Source of the DNA: a bacterium
GTDB lineage: Bacteria; Pseudomonadota; Alphaproteobacteria; Rickettsiales; RI-342
Direction: 5' to 3'
NCBI GenBank assembly: GCA_016124905.1
Contig: WGMV01000011.1
Span: forward strand, 82,673 to 146,672
DNA length: 64,000 nucleotides
Part shown: positions 18,251-28,919 of the stretch, one piece after another
Layout: every line of letters begins with the position of its first letter
How positions within the stretch are numbered: the stretch's first letter is position 1
Notes under the pieces: model-generated
The model's input: the letters and a program-made list of their open reading frames with translations, nothing else
Databases searched by the model: none
Told to the model about the DNA's origin: nothing
Translations under genes and position numbers: made by a program

Positions 18251-19204
18251 GTGTCGCCCGGCCCATCCAGCACGCCCGCTTCCGTTCGCCTCGGCACACG
18301 TGGCAGCGCGCTTGCATTGACTCAGGCGAACATGGTCAAGGCTCGGCTGGAATCACACTGGCCGGGCCTTTCTGTTCAGCTGGTCATCATCAAAACCAGT
18401 GGCGATGCCAACACAAAAACCCCGCTTTATGCCATCGGCGGCAAGGCCCTCTTCGTCAAGGAGCTGGAAGAAGCGCTGGCGGATGGCCGCATCGACCTGG
18501 CCGTCCATTCCTGCAAGGATGTGCCCGCCTTTATCCCCCCTGGTATGGAAATCACCTGCACCCTCCCGCGTGAGGATGCCCGCGACGCCTTCATTTCCCA
18601 TAAACACGCCTCCCTCGGGGAATTGCCGCAGGGTGCCACAATTGGCAGCTCTTCTCCGCGAAGGGCCGCGCAATTGCTGTATCTACGCCCGGATTTGCAA
18701 ATCGTCCCTTTGCGCGGCAATGTGGACACCCGCCTCAGGAAACTGGAGGAAGAAGGGCTGGACGCCATCATTCTGGCCATGGCGGGCCTTAAGCGCCTCG
18801 GCCTGGCCGATAGGGTGACCGAGGCCGTGGACAAGCAAACCATGCTTCCCTGCGGCGGCCAGGGCGCCATTGCCATCGAGATTCGCGCATCCGACGACGC
18901 CACACGCCGGTTGCTAGGGCCTCTTCACGATGTCGAAACAGGCCTGGCCATCGAAGCGGAACGCGCCTTCCTTGCCGCCATGAACGGCAGTTGCACCACC
19001 CCGCTTGGGGTTTTTGCCACGCGGCTGGCATCCAATGAGCTGGTGCTGGAAGGCCTCCTGGCCGCCCCTAGCGGCGCCTGGCTTGTGCGCCGCAGGCAGG
19101 TTGCACCCATCGCACAGGGCAAAGCCCTTGGCAAAGCGCTGGCGGATGCTATCTTGCACGATGCCTTCACCCAACACGGCTACATTCCGGAGCAAGTCGC
19201 ATGA
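18251..19204 (+). CDS. hemC: hydroxymethylbilane synthase (porphobilinogen deaminase)
   Basis: 317 aa with a GTG start. Shows RLGTRGSALALTQA, IKTSGD, ALxxGxIDLAVHSxKD, RGNVDTRLRKL and GxGALAIE-type blocks. Confidence 0.95.
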   Translation: MSPGPSSTPASVRLGTRGSALALTQANMVKARLESHWPGLSVQLVIIKTSGDANTKTPLYAIGGKALFVKELEEALADGRIDLAVHSCKDVPAFIPPGMEITCTLPREDARDAFISHKHASLGELPQGATIGSSSPRRAAQLLYLRPDLQIVPLRGNVDTRLRKLEEEGLDAIILAMAGLKRLGLADRVTEAVDKQTMLPCGGQGAIAIEIRASDDATRRLLGPLHDVETGLAIEAERAFLAAMNGSCTTPLGVFATRLASNELVLEGLLAAPSGAWLVRRRQVAPIAQGKALGKALADAILHDAFTQHGYIPEQVA

Positions 19205-20091
19205 AAAAAATTCGTAAGGCTGTCTTTCCCGTGGGCGGGCTGGGCACGCGCTTTTTACCCGCCACCAAAACGCTGGCCAAGGAAATGCTGCCCGTGGTGG
19301 ATAAACCCCTGGTGCAATATGCCTTTGAGGAAGCGCGCGACGCTGGCATCGAGCAGTTCATTTTCATCATGGGCCGCAACAAGAACGCTATCAGCAATCA
19401 TTTCGACAATGCCTACGAACTCCAGACCATTCTGGGTGAGAAAAACAAGCGTCAGGAGCTGGAACAGACCATCGGCTGGCTGCCGGAAGCGGGCAACCTT
19501 ATCTTCACCCGCCAGCAGCAGCCGCTCGGCCTCGGCCATGCCGTCTGGTGCGCCCGCCATCTGATTGGCGATGAGCCATTCGCCGTGCTTTTGGCCGACG
19601 ACATGGTGCTGGCCCCGCAGAAACCCTGCCTGAAACAGATGGTGGAAGCCTATGCCGGGCTCAAGGGCGATGGCAACCTAGTGGCTGTTCAGAACGTCTC
19701 CCGCGAGCATACCAGCCGCTACGGCATTCTGGCCACGAAAGATGAAAAGCCCCAGCTCGTCAGCGCATATGACATGGTGGAGAAACCAAAACCCGATAAC
19801 GCCCCCTCCACCCTGGCGGTGATCGGCCGTTATATCCTTCAACCAGATATTTTTGATTACCTGGATAAGCATGAAAAAGGCGCCGGTGGCGAAATCCAGC
19901 TGACGGATGCCATCCGCGCCATGCTGCCCGGCAGCCCGCTTTTCGGCTTCCGCTTCGACGGCATCCGCTACGATTGCGGCAGCAAGGAAGGCTTTCTGGA
20001 AGCCAACATCGCCTATGCGCTGGAGCGCCCCGACCTGCGTGACGCCATGCAGGATATCCTCCGGAAATACGCCCTGGCACAGGCTGCCTGA
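19201..20091 (+). CDS. galU: UTP--glucose-1-phosphate uridylyltransferase
   Basis: 296 aa. Shows [44 protein letters not shown] and VEKP motifs. ATGA overlap with hemC. Confidence 0.95.
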   Translation: MKKIRKAVFPVGGLGTRFLPATKTLAKEMLPVVDKPLVQYAFEEARDAGIEQFIFIMGRNKNAISNHFDNAYELQTILGEKNKRQELEQTIGWLPEAGNLIFTRQQQPLGLGHAVWCARHLIGDEPFAVLLADDMVLAPQKPCLKQMVEAYAGLKGDGNLVAVQNVSREHTSRYGILATKDEKPQLVSAYDMVEKPKPDNAPSTLAVIGRYILQPDIFDYLDKHEKGAGGEIQLTDAIRAMLPGSPLFGFRFDGIRYDCGSKEGFLEANIAYALERPDLRDAMQDILRKYALAQAA

Positions 20092-20093
20092 CA

Positions 20094-21692
20094 ATGGAGA
20101 TGACCATAGACTGGCTGCATCACCTGACGGACCCCACCGCCCTGGTAGGCCTGTTGACGCTGATTGTGCTGGAAGTGGTGCTCGGCATCGACAATCTGGT
20201 CTTCGTCGCCATTCTGGCGGACAAACTCCCCCCTAATCAGCGCGATAAGGGCCGCATCACCGGCCTCGCCCTGGCGCTGGTGATGCGCATCCTTCTGCTG
20301 GCCAGCATGTCATGGCTGGTCACCCTCACCGAACCGTTCTTCACCTACAAGGAATTCAGCTTCTCCGCGCGGGATCTCATCATGCTGCTCGGCGGCGGTT
20401 TCCTGCTCTTTAAAGCCACCATGGAACTGCACGACCGGCTGGAGGGCGAGCAGTCCGACCATCACGGCAGCGGCGGCCAGCGCGTCTACGCCAGTTTTTC
20501 GGCCATCATCCTCCAGATCGTCATCCTCGATGCCGTTTTCTCCATCGATTCGGTCATCACCGCCATCGGCATGGTCAACCAGCTGCCGCTGATGATCATG
20601 GCCGTGATTATCGCCGTCGGCATCATGATGCTGGCCAGCAAACCGCTCACCCGGTTCGTCAACAGCCACCCCACGGTGGTGATCCTTTGCCTCGGCTTCC
20701 TGCTGATGATCGGCTTCAGTCTCGTGGCGGACGGTTTCGGCTTCCACATTCCCAAGGGCTATCTCTACGCCGCCATCGGCTTTTCCATCCTCATCGAGAT
20801 GTTGAACCAGGTGGCCCGCTTCAATCGCCGCCGCTTCTTCGCCGGTGAGCGCCCATTGCGTGACCGCACGGCCGATGCCGTGCTCCGCATCCTGGGTGGC
20901 CGGGTGGAACCCGCTGTCGTGGGCGACACCATCGCCGACATGGTGCACGAGGATGCCGAACAGCCGCTGTTCGACGCCACCGAGCGCAGCATGATCCATG
21001 GCGTGCTGAAACTGGGCGAACGCTCCGTCCGCAGCCTCATGACGCCCCGGCACGAGGTCGCCTGGGTGGATGTGGCGGAAAACGATACCCTCATTCTCGA
21101 TGAGATGTGCAAATCCCCCTATTCCCGCCTGATTGCGGTGGAAAATGGCGACATCGACAACCCGCTCGGCATCATCAACAAAAAATACGTGCTCTCCGCC
21201 ATCGTCGGCGGCAAAAAAGGCAAGGCGCTGAACTGGAAGGAAATCACCCGCGAGGCGCTCTACCTGCCGGAAAACGTCACCGCGCTGGACGCCATCGAGC
21301 AGATGCGCAAGCACAAGGCGCACATGGCCCTGGTGGTGGATGAATACGGCACCTTCGAAGGGCTGGTAACTGCCACCGACATTCTGGAAGCCATCGCCGG
21401 CGACATGCCCGAGGCCGACAAGCAGGAGGAGCCGCTGGTCATCCCGCAAAAAGACGGCAGCTACCGCGTGGATGGCACCACCGACTTGCCGACCCTGGAA
21501 ACCGCCACCGGCTTCACCCCCGAAATCGACGGAGATTTCCACACGCTCGCGGGCCTGGTGATGCACCTGCTGGGAGAAATCCCCTCCAGCGGCGCCACGC
21601 TGGAACATGCGGGCTACATCATCACCGTGCTGGGCATGGACGGCAGCCGCATCAACGAGCTCAAACTCGCTAAAATGCAGGAAGAATCCTGA
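20094..21692 (+). CDS. TerC-family membrane protein with CBS pair and CorC/HlyC C-terminal domain (YoaE-like)
   Basis: 532 aa. The N-terminal TerC pattern is [16 protein letters not shown]. The remainder is a CBS region ([28 protein letters not shown]) and a transporter-associated C-terminus. Confidence 0.85.
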   Translation: MEMTIDWLHHLTDPTALVGLLTLIVLEVVLGIDNLVFVAILADKLPPNQRDKGRITGLALALVMRILLLASMSWLVTLTEPFFTYKEFSFSARDLIMLLGGGFLLFKATMELHDRLEGEQSDHHGSGGQRVYASFSAIILQIVILDAVFSIDSVITAIGMVNQLPLMIMAVIIAVGIMMLASKPLTRFVNSHPTVVILCLGFLLMIGFSLVADGFGFHIPKGYLYAAIGFSILIEMLNQVARFNRRRFFAGERPLRDRTADAVLRILGGRVEPAVVGDTIADMVHEDAEQPLFDATERSMIHGVLKLGERSVRSLMTPRHEVAWVDVAENDTLILDEMCKSPYSRLIAVENGDIDNPLGIINKKYVLSAIVGGKKGKALNWKEITREALYLPENVTALDAIEQMRKHKAHMALVVDEYGTFEGLVTATDILEAIAGDMPEADKQEEPLVIPQKDGSYRVDGTTDLPTLETATGFTPEIDGDFHTLAGLVMHLLGEIPSSGATLEHAGYIITVLGMDGSRINELKLAKMQEES

Positions 21693-21721
21693 TTACGGCC
21701 TGATTACGGCCTGATTACGGG
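21689..21721. repeat. 3 tandem copies of an 11-bp unit (ctgattacggc)
   Basis: The sequence cctgattacggcctgattacggcctgattacgg starts on the TerC-family gene's stop codon. Confidence 0.8.
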
Positions 21722-21863
21722 AGCTCCCCCCAATCACGCCTCCTTAGCAAAGCTTTACATCGCAGCACTCCCTCTCCCGGTGCGTTTTTATGGGCTGTCA
21801 CCCTATGGTTTATGAAATGCAGGCAAAACCCTTGCCTGCGGCATAAACAACAAGGAGATACCC

Positions 21864-22052
21864 ATGGCCTTCATCACGTCATGTTTCAGCGCCTTCATGG
21901 ATGGCTGGCGCAGCCATCCCAGTAACCTGCAAAAAACGCCCAGCCGTCTGGTTTCGGCGGAGCGTAAAATGCGCAATCGCTTGAGTGAAAAACAAGTCGA
22001 CGAAATGGTTGACGAGAGTTTTCCCGCAAGCGATGCGCCCACCACCTATTAA
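21864..22052 (+). CDS. small hypothetical protein with C-terminal ESFPASDAP motif
   Basis: 62-aa ORF preceded by AAGGAG 7 nt upstream and by a hairpin (gcaggcaa-aaccc-ttgcctgc). An (E/D)SFPASD(P/A) C-terminus recurs in small proteobacterial proteins of unknown function (from memory). Confidence 0.45.
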   Translation: MAFITSCFSAFMDGWRSHPSNLQKTPSRLVSAERKMRNRLSEKQVDEMVDESFPASDAPTTY

Positions 22053-22149
22053 GCATGGGGGGCTGATATGATTTTCGCCCTCTACTATCTGGTGAAATAC
22101 GCCGGAAAATACGTGATTCTTTATGTGCAACGATCCATAGGAGGCTCCT

Positions 22150-22599
22150 ATGACAAGCTGCATCATCCCCTGCCTGCGTTACAAGGACGCACCCGCCGCG
22201 ATCGACTGGCTTGAGGCCGCCTTCGGCTTTCAGCGCCATGCCGTGTATGAAGGCGAGGATGGCATGATACTGCATGCCGAGCTTAGCTACAAAAGCGCCG
22301 ACCACGGACGCGGCATGATCATGCTCGGCTCGGACATGAAACAGGGCGACTACGCCAAATTCACCGCCACGCCTTCACAGGCGGGAGCTAAAAATACCCA
22401 GACGGCCTATATCATCGTGCCGGAAGTGGACGCGCATTACGCCCGCGCCAAGGAAGCCGGGGCGGAAATCATCATCGACATCAAGGATGAAAGCTACGGC
22501 GGCCGCGGCTATACCTGCCGCGATCCGGAAGGCTATGTCTGGAGCTTCGGCAGCTACGACCCGTGGCGCAATGCCGACACCCAAAGCTCCATCCTCTGA
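22150..22599 (+). CDS. VOC (glyoxalase/bleomycin-resistance/PhnB-like) family protein
   Basis: 149 aa. Shows IIPCLRYKDAPAAIDWLEAAFGF...HAEL and YGGRGYTCRDPEGYVWSFGSYDPW. AGGAGG RBS. Confidence 0.8.
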   Translation: MTSCIIPCLRYKDAPAAIDWLEAAFGFQRHAVYEGEDGMILHAELSYKSADHGRGMIMLGSDMKQGDYAKFTATPSQAGAKNTQTAYIIVPEVDAHYARAKEAGAEIIIDIKDESYGGRGYTCRDPEGYVWSFGSYDPWRNADTQSSIL

Positions 22600-23004
22600 T
22601 CAGAAATCCTTCCGCAACCGGCTGGCATTCAACTGCGCCGCCCGGTGAATGGGTTTCATGCCCGCGCTGAACGCATCCATCAGGTGGGATGTCATCTCAG
22701 CCCATTCTTCCCCATGCAACGTCTTGCCATTGAATGCCTGCCCCATCCATTTCAGCTGGGACTGCTGAAGGCTGGAGGCGGATTGCCAATAGGCCTCCCA
22801 AAAGCTTTGCGCCTTTTCCGTCCACATCAGCTGCATCTCGTTCATGTGCCGGGCGGAAGGCACTTCATGTGGGTGCTGCATGCTCTCTGCCATCATGTTG
22901 CTGCGGTAAAAAATCACCTCCGCCGCTTGCAGGCCCATATGCTGCATCTGAAGCATCAGCTTGTAATATTGCAGCATCAAGGAGGTCGTGTGGTAATGCG
23001 GCAT
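22600..23004 (-). CDS. hypothetical helical protein (Met/Gln/Trp-rich)
   Basis: 134-aa ORF with no overlapping competitor that makes sense. The C-terminal KPIHRAAQLNASRLRK resembles a motif in small alphaproteobacterial proteins of unknown function. Function not assigned. Confidence 0.45.
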   Translation of the reverse strand: MPHYHTTSLMLQYYKLMLQMQHMGLQAAEVIFYRSNMMAESMQHPHEVPSARHMNEMQLMWTEKAQSFWEAYWQSASSLQQSQLKWMGQAFNGKTLHGEEWAEMTSHLMDAFSAGMKPIHRAAQLNASRLRKDF

Positions 23005-23012
23005 AATGTCTC

Positions 23013-24056
23013 CTACCAGGCTACGGGCTTGGGATTGCGGGAATCAAAACCCATCTGGTGCCAATAAGGATAGGCGGGGTGCTTATGGCTGGCGGCATCC
23101 AGCCTGGCCACCTGCGCAAGCGTCAGGTTCCAGCCGATTGCGCCGAGATTCTGCTTCAGCTGCTCTTCATTGCGCGCGCCCACCACGATGTTACACACGC
23201 TCGGGCGTTGCAGCAGCCAGTTCAGCGCCACCTGGGAAACCGTTTTGCCGGTCTCTTTGGCCACCTCATCCAGCGCATCCACGACATTGTAGAGATACTC
23301 CTCTTCCACCTGCGGCCCGCCCACATCGCCGCCCTGTGCCAGGCGTCCTTCCTTCGGCGGCTGCCCGCGACGTATCTTGCCGGTCAGGCGTCCCCAGCCA
23401 AGCGGGCTCCACACCATCAGCCCCAGCCCCTGATCAAGGCCAAGCGGCATCAGTTCCCACTCATAATCGCGCCCCACCAGCGAATAATAGCCCTGATAGG
23501 CCACATACCGCCCAAGCCCGTATTTCTCGGACGTCGCCAGCGACTTCATCACATGCCAGCCGGAGAAATTGGAGCAGCCGATATAGCGCACCTTGCCGCT
23601 GATGATCAGATTATCCAGCGCGCTTAAGGTTTCCTCCACCGGCGTCAACGCATCAAACCCGTGCATGAAATACACATCGATATGGTCCGTCCCCAGCCGC
23701 TTAAGGCTGGCTTCGCATGCCTTGATAAGATGATAGCGAGAGGACCCAACATCATTAGGCCTAGCACTCATGGCAAATGTCGCCTTGGTGGAAATCAGCA
23801 GTTCGTCGCGCTTTTTGCCTTTGATGGCCTTGCCGAGAATCTCCTCCGATGCCCCCTCGGAATAGATATCCGCCGTATCGAAGAAATTGACGCCATGCTC
23901 CAGGCACACATCCACCAGCCGGGTGGCCTCTTTCACATCCGTATCGCCCCATTTCTGGAAAAACTCGTTGGACCCGCCGAACGTGCCGGTGCCAAAGCTG
24001 AGAACGGGAACTTTCAGGCCGCTGCGGCCGAGCTGACGGTAGTCCATCCACCTCAC
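23013..24056 (-). CDS. aldo/keto reductase
   Basis: 347 aa. MDYRQLGRSGLKVPVLSFGTGTFGG..., DTADIYSEG and IRYIGCSNF are classic AKR blocks. Confidence 0.9.
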   Translation of the reverse strand: MRWMDYRQLGRSGLKVPVLSFGTGTFGGSNEFFQKWGDTDVKEATRLVDVCLEHGVNFFDTADIYSEGASEEILGKAIKGKKRDELLISTKATFAMSARPNDVGSSRYHLIKACEASLKRLGTDHIDVYFMHGFDALTPVEETLSALDNLIISGKVRYIGCSNFSGWHVMKSLATSEKYGLGRYVAYQGYYSLVGRDYEWELMPLGLDQGLGLMVWSPLGWGRLTGKIRRGQPPKEGRLAQGGDVGGPQVEEEYLYNVVDALDEVAKETGKTVSQVALNWLLQRPSVCNIVVGARNEEQLKQNLGAIGWNLTLAQVARLDAASHKHPAYPYWHQMGFDSRNPKPVAW

Positions 24057-24185
24057 CTTTCATCATGAATGCGATGCCGCAATCTACACCCATTCCAAAC
24101 CCAAAAGCGAGCGGATTATAAGGCCTGCAAACCCGTCCATTTCCATCAATTTTCTTGTCATTTCCTTACCTTTGCCCTAATCGGG

Positions 24186-25151
24186 ATGCTTCACAAAAGG
24201 ATATGTCTCTTGCCTCAGCCCGCCACCGCCTCGTTGCCCGTAACCGGCAGCCCGTTTGAACAGATTTCCAAAACGCTGCTGGAAATATTCCCCGCCCATG
24301 CCCCCCAGGTGGAAAAGCGCATGCAGGCCCCCGCCGCCGAACGCGCGGTGATCGAGGAACTCTCCGCCAATATCCTCGCCATTGCAGGCAATGACGCCAC
24401 GCTCCGCACCTATTGCGAAGATTATAAATGGCTGACCGACCGCATGCTGGAAGAAGAACTCTATTTCCGCCGCCACGGCCGCTACCGCATCGCCACCTTC
24501 GAGCAGGCCGAGAAAGAGGTCTACGCGAACAAGGACTTCATGACCAGATACATGCATGGCGTGCTGTTGAGCCATCTCTTCTGGTCCAACCACACCCAGG
24601 TCATTCAGTATTTGATCGAGACCTTCCTGCCCGGCAACAAGCAGGGCTACCGCCATCTGGAAGTCGGCCCCGGCCACGGGCTGCTGCTGTACCGCGCCGC
24701 CAAAGATCCACGCGCCGCCAGCATCGCCGGCTGGGACGTGAGCGAAACCAGCATGAAAATGACCGAAGCCACGCTGAAGGCCATGGGCGTGCAACGTCCC
24801 ATCACTCTGGAACTGAAAAACCTTTTTGCAAATCCTGTGGGCGAGTTCGATTCCATCGTCTTCTCCGAAGTGCTGGAGCACCTGGAACAACCGGTCGAAG
24901 CGCTGAAGATCCTCGCCAACCTCACCGCACCCGGCGGAAGGCTCTTCATCAACGCCCCTATCAACTCCCCCGCGCCGGACCATATCTACCTCTTCAACAC
25001 GCCGGAGGAATTCATCGACATGGTGAAATCCGTCGGGCTGGAAGTGGAAGACGTCCTCATGGCCCCCGTCATCGGTTCCACGCTGGAGCGTGCCCGCGCC
25101 CTCAAATTCACCATCTCAACCGTCGTCATCGCCAGAAAGCCACAAGCATGA
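24186..25151 (+). CDS. class I SAM-dependent methyltransferase (start uncertain; alternatives 24069 or 24321)
   Basis: Motif I HLEVGPGHGLLL and post-motif FDSIVFSEVLEHLEQP, APGGRLFI. The stop overlaps the ACP start (ATGA at 25148-25151). Confidence 0.8.
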   Translation: MLHKRICLLPQPATASLPVTGSPFEQISKTLLEIFPAHAPQVEKRMQAPAAERAVIEELSANILAIAGNDATLRTYCEDYKWLTDRMLEEELYFRRHGRYRIATFEQAEKEVYANKDFMTRYMHGVLLSHLFWSNHTQVIQYLIETFLPGNKQGYRHLEVGPGHGLLLYRAAKDPRAASIAGWDVSETSMKMTEATLKAMGVQRPITLELKNLFANPVGEFDSIVFSEVLEHLEQPVEALKILANLTAPGGRLFINAPINSPAPDHIYLFNTPEEFIDMVKSVGLEVEDVLMAPVIGSTLERARALKFTISTVVIARKPQA

Positions 25152-25399
25152 GCCAGCAACAGATTTTTGATAAACTGACCGAAATCTTCCGCGTCATGTT
25201 CGACGAATATACCGGCCCGGTGAACGAGCAGCTCACCGCCGAATCCGTCGGCCAGTGGGACAGCCTCTCCCACGTGCAGCTGATTGTGATGATTGAGCAA
25301 AGCTTCGGCATCAGCTTCACCGCCGCCGAACTCAGCGATCTCAAAAATGTCGGCGCGCTGGTTAAGCTGATTGAAAGCAAAACCCGCAAGGCGGCTTAA
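25148..25399 (+). CDS. acyl carrier protein (stand-alone, polysaccharide/lipid-modification type)
   Basis: 83 aa: MSQQQIFDKLTEIFRVMFDE...VGQWDSLSHVQLIVMIEQSFG. The DSLS motif is the phosphopantetheine attachment site. Found in the frame of track ORF 24428..25399. Confidence 0.85.
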   Translation: MSQQQIFDKLTEIFRVMFDEYTGPVNEQLTAESVGQWDSLSHVQLIVMIEQSFGISFTAAELSDLKNVGALVKLIESKTRKAA

Positions 25400-25417
25400 C
25401 TTCAGGTCAAGGTAAGC

Positions 25418-27352
25418 ATGACGTATTTCCCATGGCGTCCCCTGCCTTCCGAAGACTGGCAAACCCGCCTGAACAACGTGGCGGATGCCGCCAAATCCGA
25501 CATCACGCCTGAGCAGGGCAAGCTGCTGGCGCTGGACCTTCGCCGCTTGGCCAACGCACGGCTGGACATGTTCCAGCAGATCAAGCTGGAACAGCTCATG
25601 GCCAGGCTCTGGCCCCAGCGCAAAAACTTCGGCTCGCTACGCCCCGTCAAGCTCGGCATGGCGGGCAACCGTACCCTTAGCTATCTTGCCAATGCACTCC
25701 GCGCCGCCGCCCCAGCCCGCGGCCTGATGGTGGATTGCATTGAAGCCCCCTACGATTCCGCAGCCGCGCTCGCTATGGGCCGTGGCAACGCCTTCGATGG
25801 CGAAGCGGTGGATGCCACCCTGCTGATGCTCGACATCGCCGCCTTTCTTTCTCCCGCTGCATTGCTGGATATTGAGGCAGCCGAGGCCGCCACCGCCCGT
25901 GCGGAGGAATTCCTCCTGCGCCTGGCCGAGGGCATAAAAGCCCAGACCAAGGCGCCCGTCATCATGGCCACCCTGCCGGTGCCGCCCATTCATTCCGTCA
26001 CATCCGTGGATGGCGGCATGGCGGGCAGCACATTGCATTTCATCCACGCCGTCAACCGTCTGATCCATCAGGCGGGCGCGAAAGGAGAATGGATCGTCTG
26101 GGACGTCGCCACCCTCGCCAGCGAAATTGGCACGCGCAACTGGTTCGACATGACGCGCTTCTACCAGGCCAAAACCCCCTTCGCGCTGGAACTCTCCCCC
26201 GTGGTGGCCGACCATCTCTGCCGCCTGCTCGCCGCCATGTTCGGCAAGGCCTCGCGTGCGCTGGTGCTGGATCTCGACAACACCCTATGGGGCGGCGTCA
26301 TCGGTGACGACGGTGTGGAAGGCATCGCCATCGGCAGCGGCTCCGCCACCGGGGAGGCCCATGCCGCGCTCCACCAGCTGGCGCTGGAATACCGCCGCCG
26401 TGGTGTGGTGCTGGCCGTCTGCTCCAAAAATACCGACCACATTGCCCGCGAACCGTTCGAAAAACACCCCGACATGCTCCTGAAGCTGGATCATATCGCC
26501 GTCTTCCAAGCGAATTGGCAGGACAAGGCCACCAACATCCAGGCCATAGCCGAGCAGCTCAGCCTCGGCCTCGAATCCCTCGTCTTCGTCGACGACAACC
26601 CGGCCGAACGCGCCCGCGTGCGGCAGGAATTCCCGCAGGTGCAGGTGCCGGAAGTCGGCGAGAATGCCGCCAACTTCGCCAGCATCCTCGCCATGGCCGG
26701 TTATTTCGAGCATCTGCCGCTGAATAACGACGACCTCAAACGCGCCGAAGCCTATCAGGCCGAAGCCAAACGCGCCGAGATCAAATCCAGGGTCGAGAAT
26801 TACGACGACTACCTCGCCTCCCTGCAGATGAAAATGACCATCCGCCCCTTTGACGAGATCGGCCGCCCGCGCATCGCGCAGCTCATCAACAAATCCAACC
26901 AGTTCAACCTCACCACCCGCCGTTACAACGAAGACCAGATCACCGCCTTCATGCAGGACAAAAACATCCTCGGCTGGCAGGTGCGCCTGAGCGACGCCTT
27001 CGGCGACCACGGCATGATCGGCGTCGTCATCGCCCGCAAGGATAAAAAACACTGGGAGATCGACAGCTGGGTCATGTCCTGCCGGGTGCTGGAACGCGGC
27101 GTGGAACACACCATCATGAACGAGCTCATCGCCGCCGCCCGTGCGGAAGGCGCCGAGAGCATCGACGGCATATACCTTCCCACCGAGCGTAACGGCCTGG
27201 TGAAGGATTTCTACCCCAAACTCTGGGCCGATGCCCCCACCGAAAAACCCGCCGGGCATTACCACCTGCAAACCGATGCCTATACGCCACACAAGACCTT
27301 TATCGATGTCGATAACGGCGCCGCAACGCCTGCATTGAAACATGCTGTTTAG
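25418..27352 (+). CDS. FkbH-like HAD-IIIC family protein (carrier-protein loading enzyme) with C-terminal GNAT-like domain
   Basis: 644 aa. HAD motif I is LVLDLDNTLWGGVIGDDGVEGI, followed by VLAVCSKN and VFVDDNPAER. The C-terminal region WEIDSWVMSCRVLERGVEH is typical of FkbH-like proteins. Confidence 0.85.
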   Translation: MTYFPWRPLPSEDWQTRLNNVADAAKSDITPEQGKLLALDLRRLANARLDMFQQIKLEQLMARLWPQRKNFGSLRPVKLGMAGNRTLSYLANALRAAAPARGLMVDCIEAPYDSAAALAMGRGNAFDGEAVDATLLMLDIAAFLSPAALLDIEAAEAATARAEEFLLRLAEGIKAQTKAPVIMATLPVPPIHSVTSVDGGMAGSTLHFIHAVNRLIHQAGAKGEWIVWDVATLASEIGTRNWFDMTRFYQAKTPFALELSPVVADHLCRLLAAMFGKASRALVLDLDNTLWGGVIGDDGVEGIAIGSGSATGEAHAALHQLALEYRRRGVVLAVCSKNTDHIAREPFEKHPDMLLKLDHIAVFQANWQDKATNIQAIAEQLSLGLESLVFVDDNPAERARVRQEFPQVQVPEVGENAANFASILAMAGYFEHLPLNNDDLKRAEAYQAEAKRAEIKSRVENYDDYLASLQMKMTIRPFDEIGRPRIAQLINKSNQFNLTTRRYNEDQITAFMQDKNILGWQVRLSDAFGDHGMIGVVIARKDKKHWEIDSWVMSCRVLERGVEHTIMNELIAAARAEGAESIDGIYLPTERNGLVKDFYPKLWADAPTEKPAGHYHLQTDAYTPHKTFIDVDNGAATPALKHAV

Positions 27353-28919
27353 TTCTGCTTCCTATATCTTCCTGTTCGTTCCCATTGCGGTGGCGGGCTA
27401 TTTTCTGTTCTACAAGCTCCGCCTCAGTCAAGCAGCACGCCTTTGGCTCTGCCTGGCCAACATCACCTTCTATGCCATTTCCGATCTCACCTTTCTGCCC
27501 TTGATGCTCGGCTCCATCCTGTTCAACTTCACTGCCGTGCATGGCATGAAAAAAACGGAAGGGCGCATCCGCAAAACCCTCTTCATCGGCGCCATCCTGG
27601 TTAATCTGGGCCTGCTGTCACTTTACAAATACACCGATCCCTTTCTGGATTTCCTCAATCACAGCATCAGCACCAATTTCACCCTGCTGAAGCTGGCTTT
27701 CCCGCTCGGCATCTCCTTCTTCACCTTCCAGCAGCTGGCCTACCTGATCGACAGCTTTCAGAACAAGGCGCATGAATATAAATTCATCAATTACGTCATT
27801 TTCGTCACCTTCTTCCCTCACCTGCTTGCCGGGCCGCTGGTCAACCATAAGCAGATCATTCCGCAATTCGCCAGCCCGCGTAACCATTTCATCAAATGGA
27901 ACCACGTCCATCAGGGTTTGATCATTTTCGCCATCGGCCTGTTTAAAAAATCCATCATCGCCGACAGCCTCGCCACCTATGCGGATTTCTTTTTCGACTA
28001 CGGCCCCGATGCAAGCATGCTGGAGGCCTGGGTCGGCTCTCTCTGCTACACGTTTCAGCTTTATTTCGATTTTGCCGGTTATTCCGAAATGGCCGTCGGC
28101 GTGGGGCTGATGTTCAACATCCACCTGCCCATCAACTTCAATTCCCCGATGATTGCGCGCGATATGGTCGGCTTCTGGAGCCGATGGCACATGACCATGA
28201 CCGGCTGGTTCCGCGATTATCTCTTCACACCGCTTTCTTTCTGGATTTTCCGCCGCTGGTTCGCCCCGCTTTCCAAACGCGGCATGAAACCGGCGGATAT
28301 TCATTTCCTGCTTTCCATCCCCATCACCGCCGTCATGTTCACCACCATCGGGCTCTGGCACGAGGGCAGCCTGAAAGCCATTATCTTCGGCCTGTTCAAC
28401 GGCGGCGGTGTGCTGTGGGTGATGCTCTGGAAGCGCATCGGCTTTCGCCTGCCCTACCTGCTGGCCCATGCGCTGACGCTCTTGAGCTTCAACATCGCCT
28501 GCGTCTTTTTCCGCGCCCATAGCCTTGGCCGTGCGGGCAACATCCTGCAATCCATGATGGGCAAATACGCCATCCTGCCCAGCCGCGACGGTTATTTTTT
28601 CGAACGCGTGCCCTATGACACCTGGCTTGATCCGGTGGCGCTCGGCACCTCCACCCACTTCCTTGCCATGCTGGAAAACGGTGCGCTCATCGCCGCCCTG
28701 CTGCTGTGCCTGCACATGCTGCCCCATGCGCTGCAGCTGACGGCCTACATGCCGCTGGAGGCCCACAACCGCGTGCAGCAATGGCTGTATCCGCGCCTTC
28801 GCCCATTCTTCGCCGTCGGCTCATTGCGCGCGGCCATCCTGGCGGGTCTGTTGATTTTCCTCGGCATGGCGGGCGTCTTCATGCACGAAACCTCACCCTT
28901 CATCTATTTCGCCTTCTGA
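27342..28919 (+). CDS. MBOAT family O-acyltransferase (AlgI/DltB-like)
   Basis: 525-aa polytopic protein. N-terminus MLFSSASYIFLFVPIAVAGYF. The invariant-His block is FWSRWHMTMTGWFRDYLFTPL. 11-nt overlap with the preceding gene. Confidence 0.9.
   Translation: MLFSSASYIFLFVPIAVAGYFLFYKLRLSQAARLWLCLANITFYAISDLTFLPLMLGSILFNFTAVHGMKKTEGRIRKTLFIGAILVNLGLLSLYKYTDPFLDFLNHSISTNFTLLKLAFPLGISFFTFQQLAYLIDSFQNKAHEYKFINYVIFVTFFPHLLAGPLVNHKQIIPQFASPRNHFIKWNHVHQGLIIFAIGLFKKSIIADSLATYADFFFDYGPDASMLEAWVGSLCYTFQLYFDFAGYSEMAVGVGLMFNIHLPINFNSPMIARDMVGFWSRWHMTMTGWFRDYLFTPLSFWIFRRWFAPLSKRGMKPADIHFLLSIPITAVMFTTIGLWHEGSLKAIIFGLFNGGGVLWVMLWKRIGFRLPYLLAHALTLLSFNIACVFFRAHSLGRAGNILQSMMGKYAILPSRDGYFFERVPYDTWLDPVALGTSTHFLAMLENGALIAALLLCLHMLPHALQLTAYMPLEAHNRVQQWLYPRLRPFFAVGSLRAAILAGLLIFLGMAGVFMHETSPFIYFAF

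Noticed and set aside
22067-22213. A small ORF of about 48 aa (MIFALYYLVKYAGKYVILYVQRS...) between the SFPASD ORF and the VOC gene.
   Set aside because: It runs into and overlaps the well-supported VOC gene in another frame. It has no RBS and no recognisable features.
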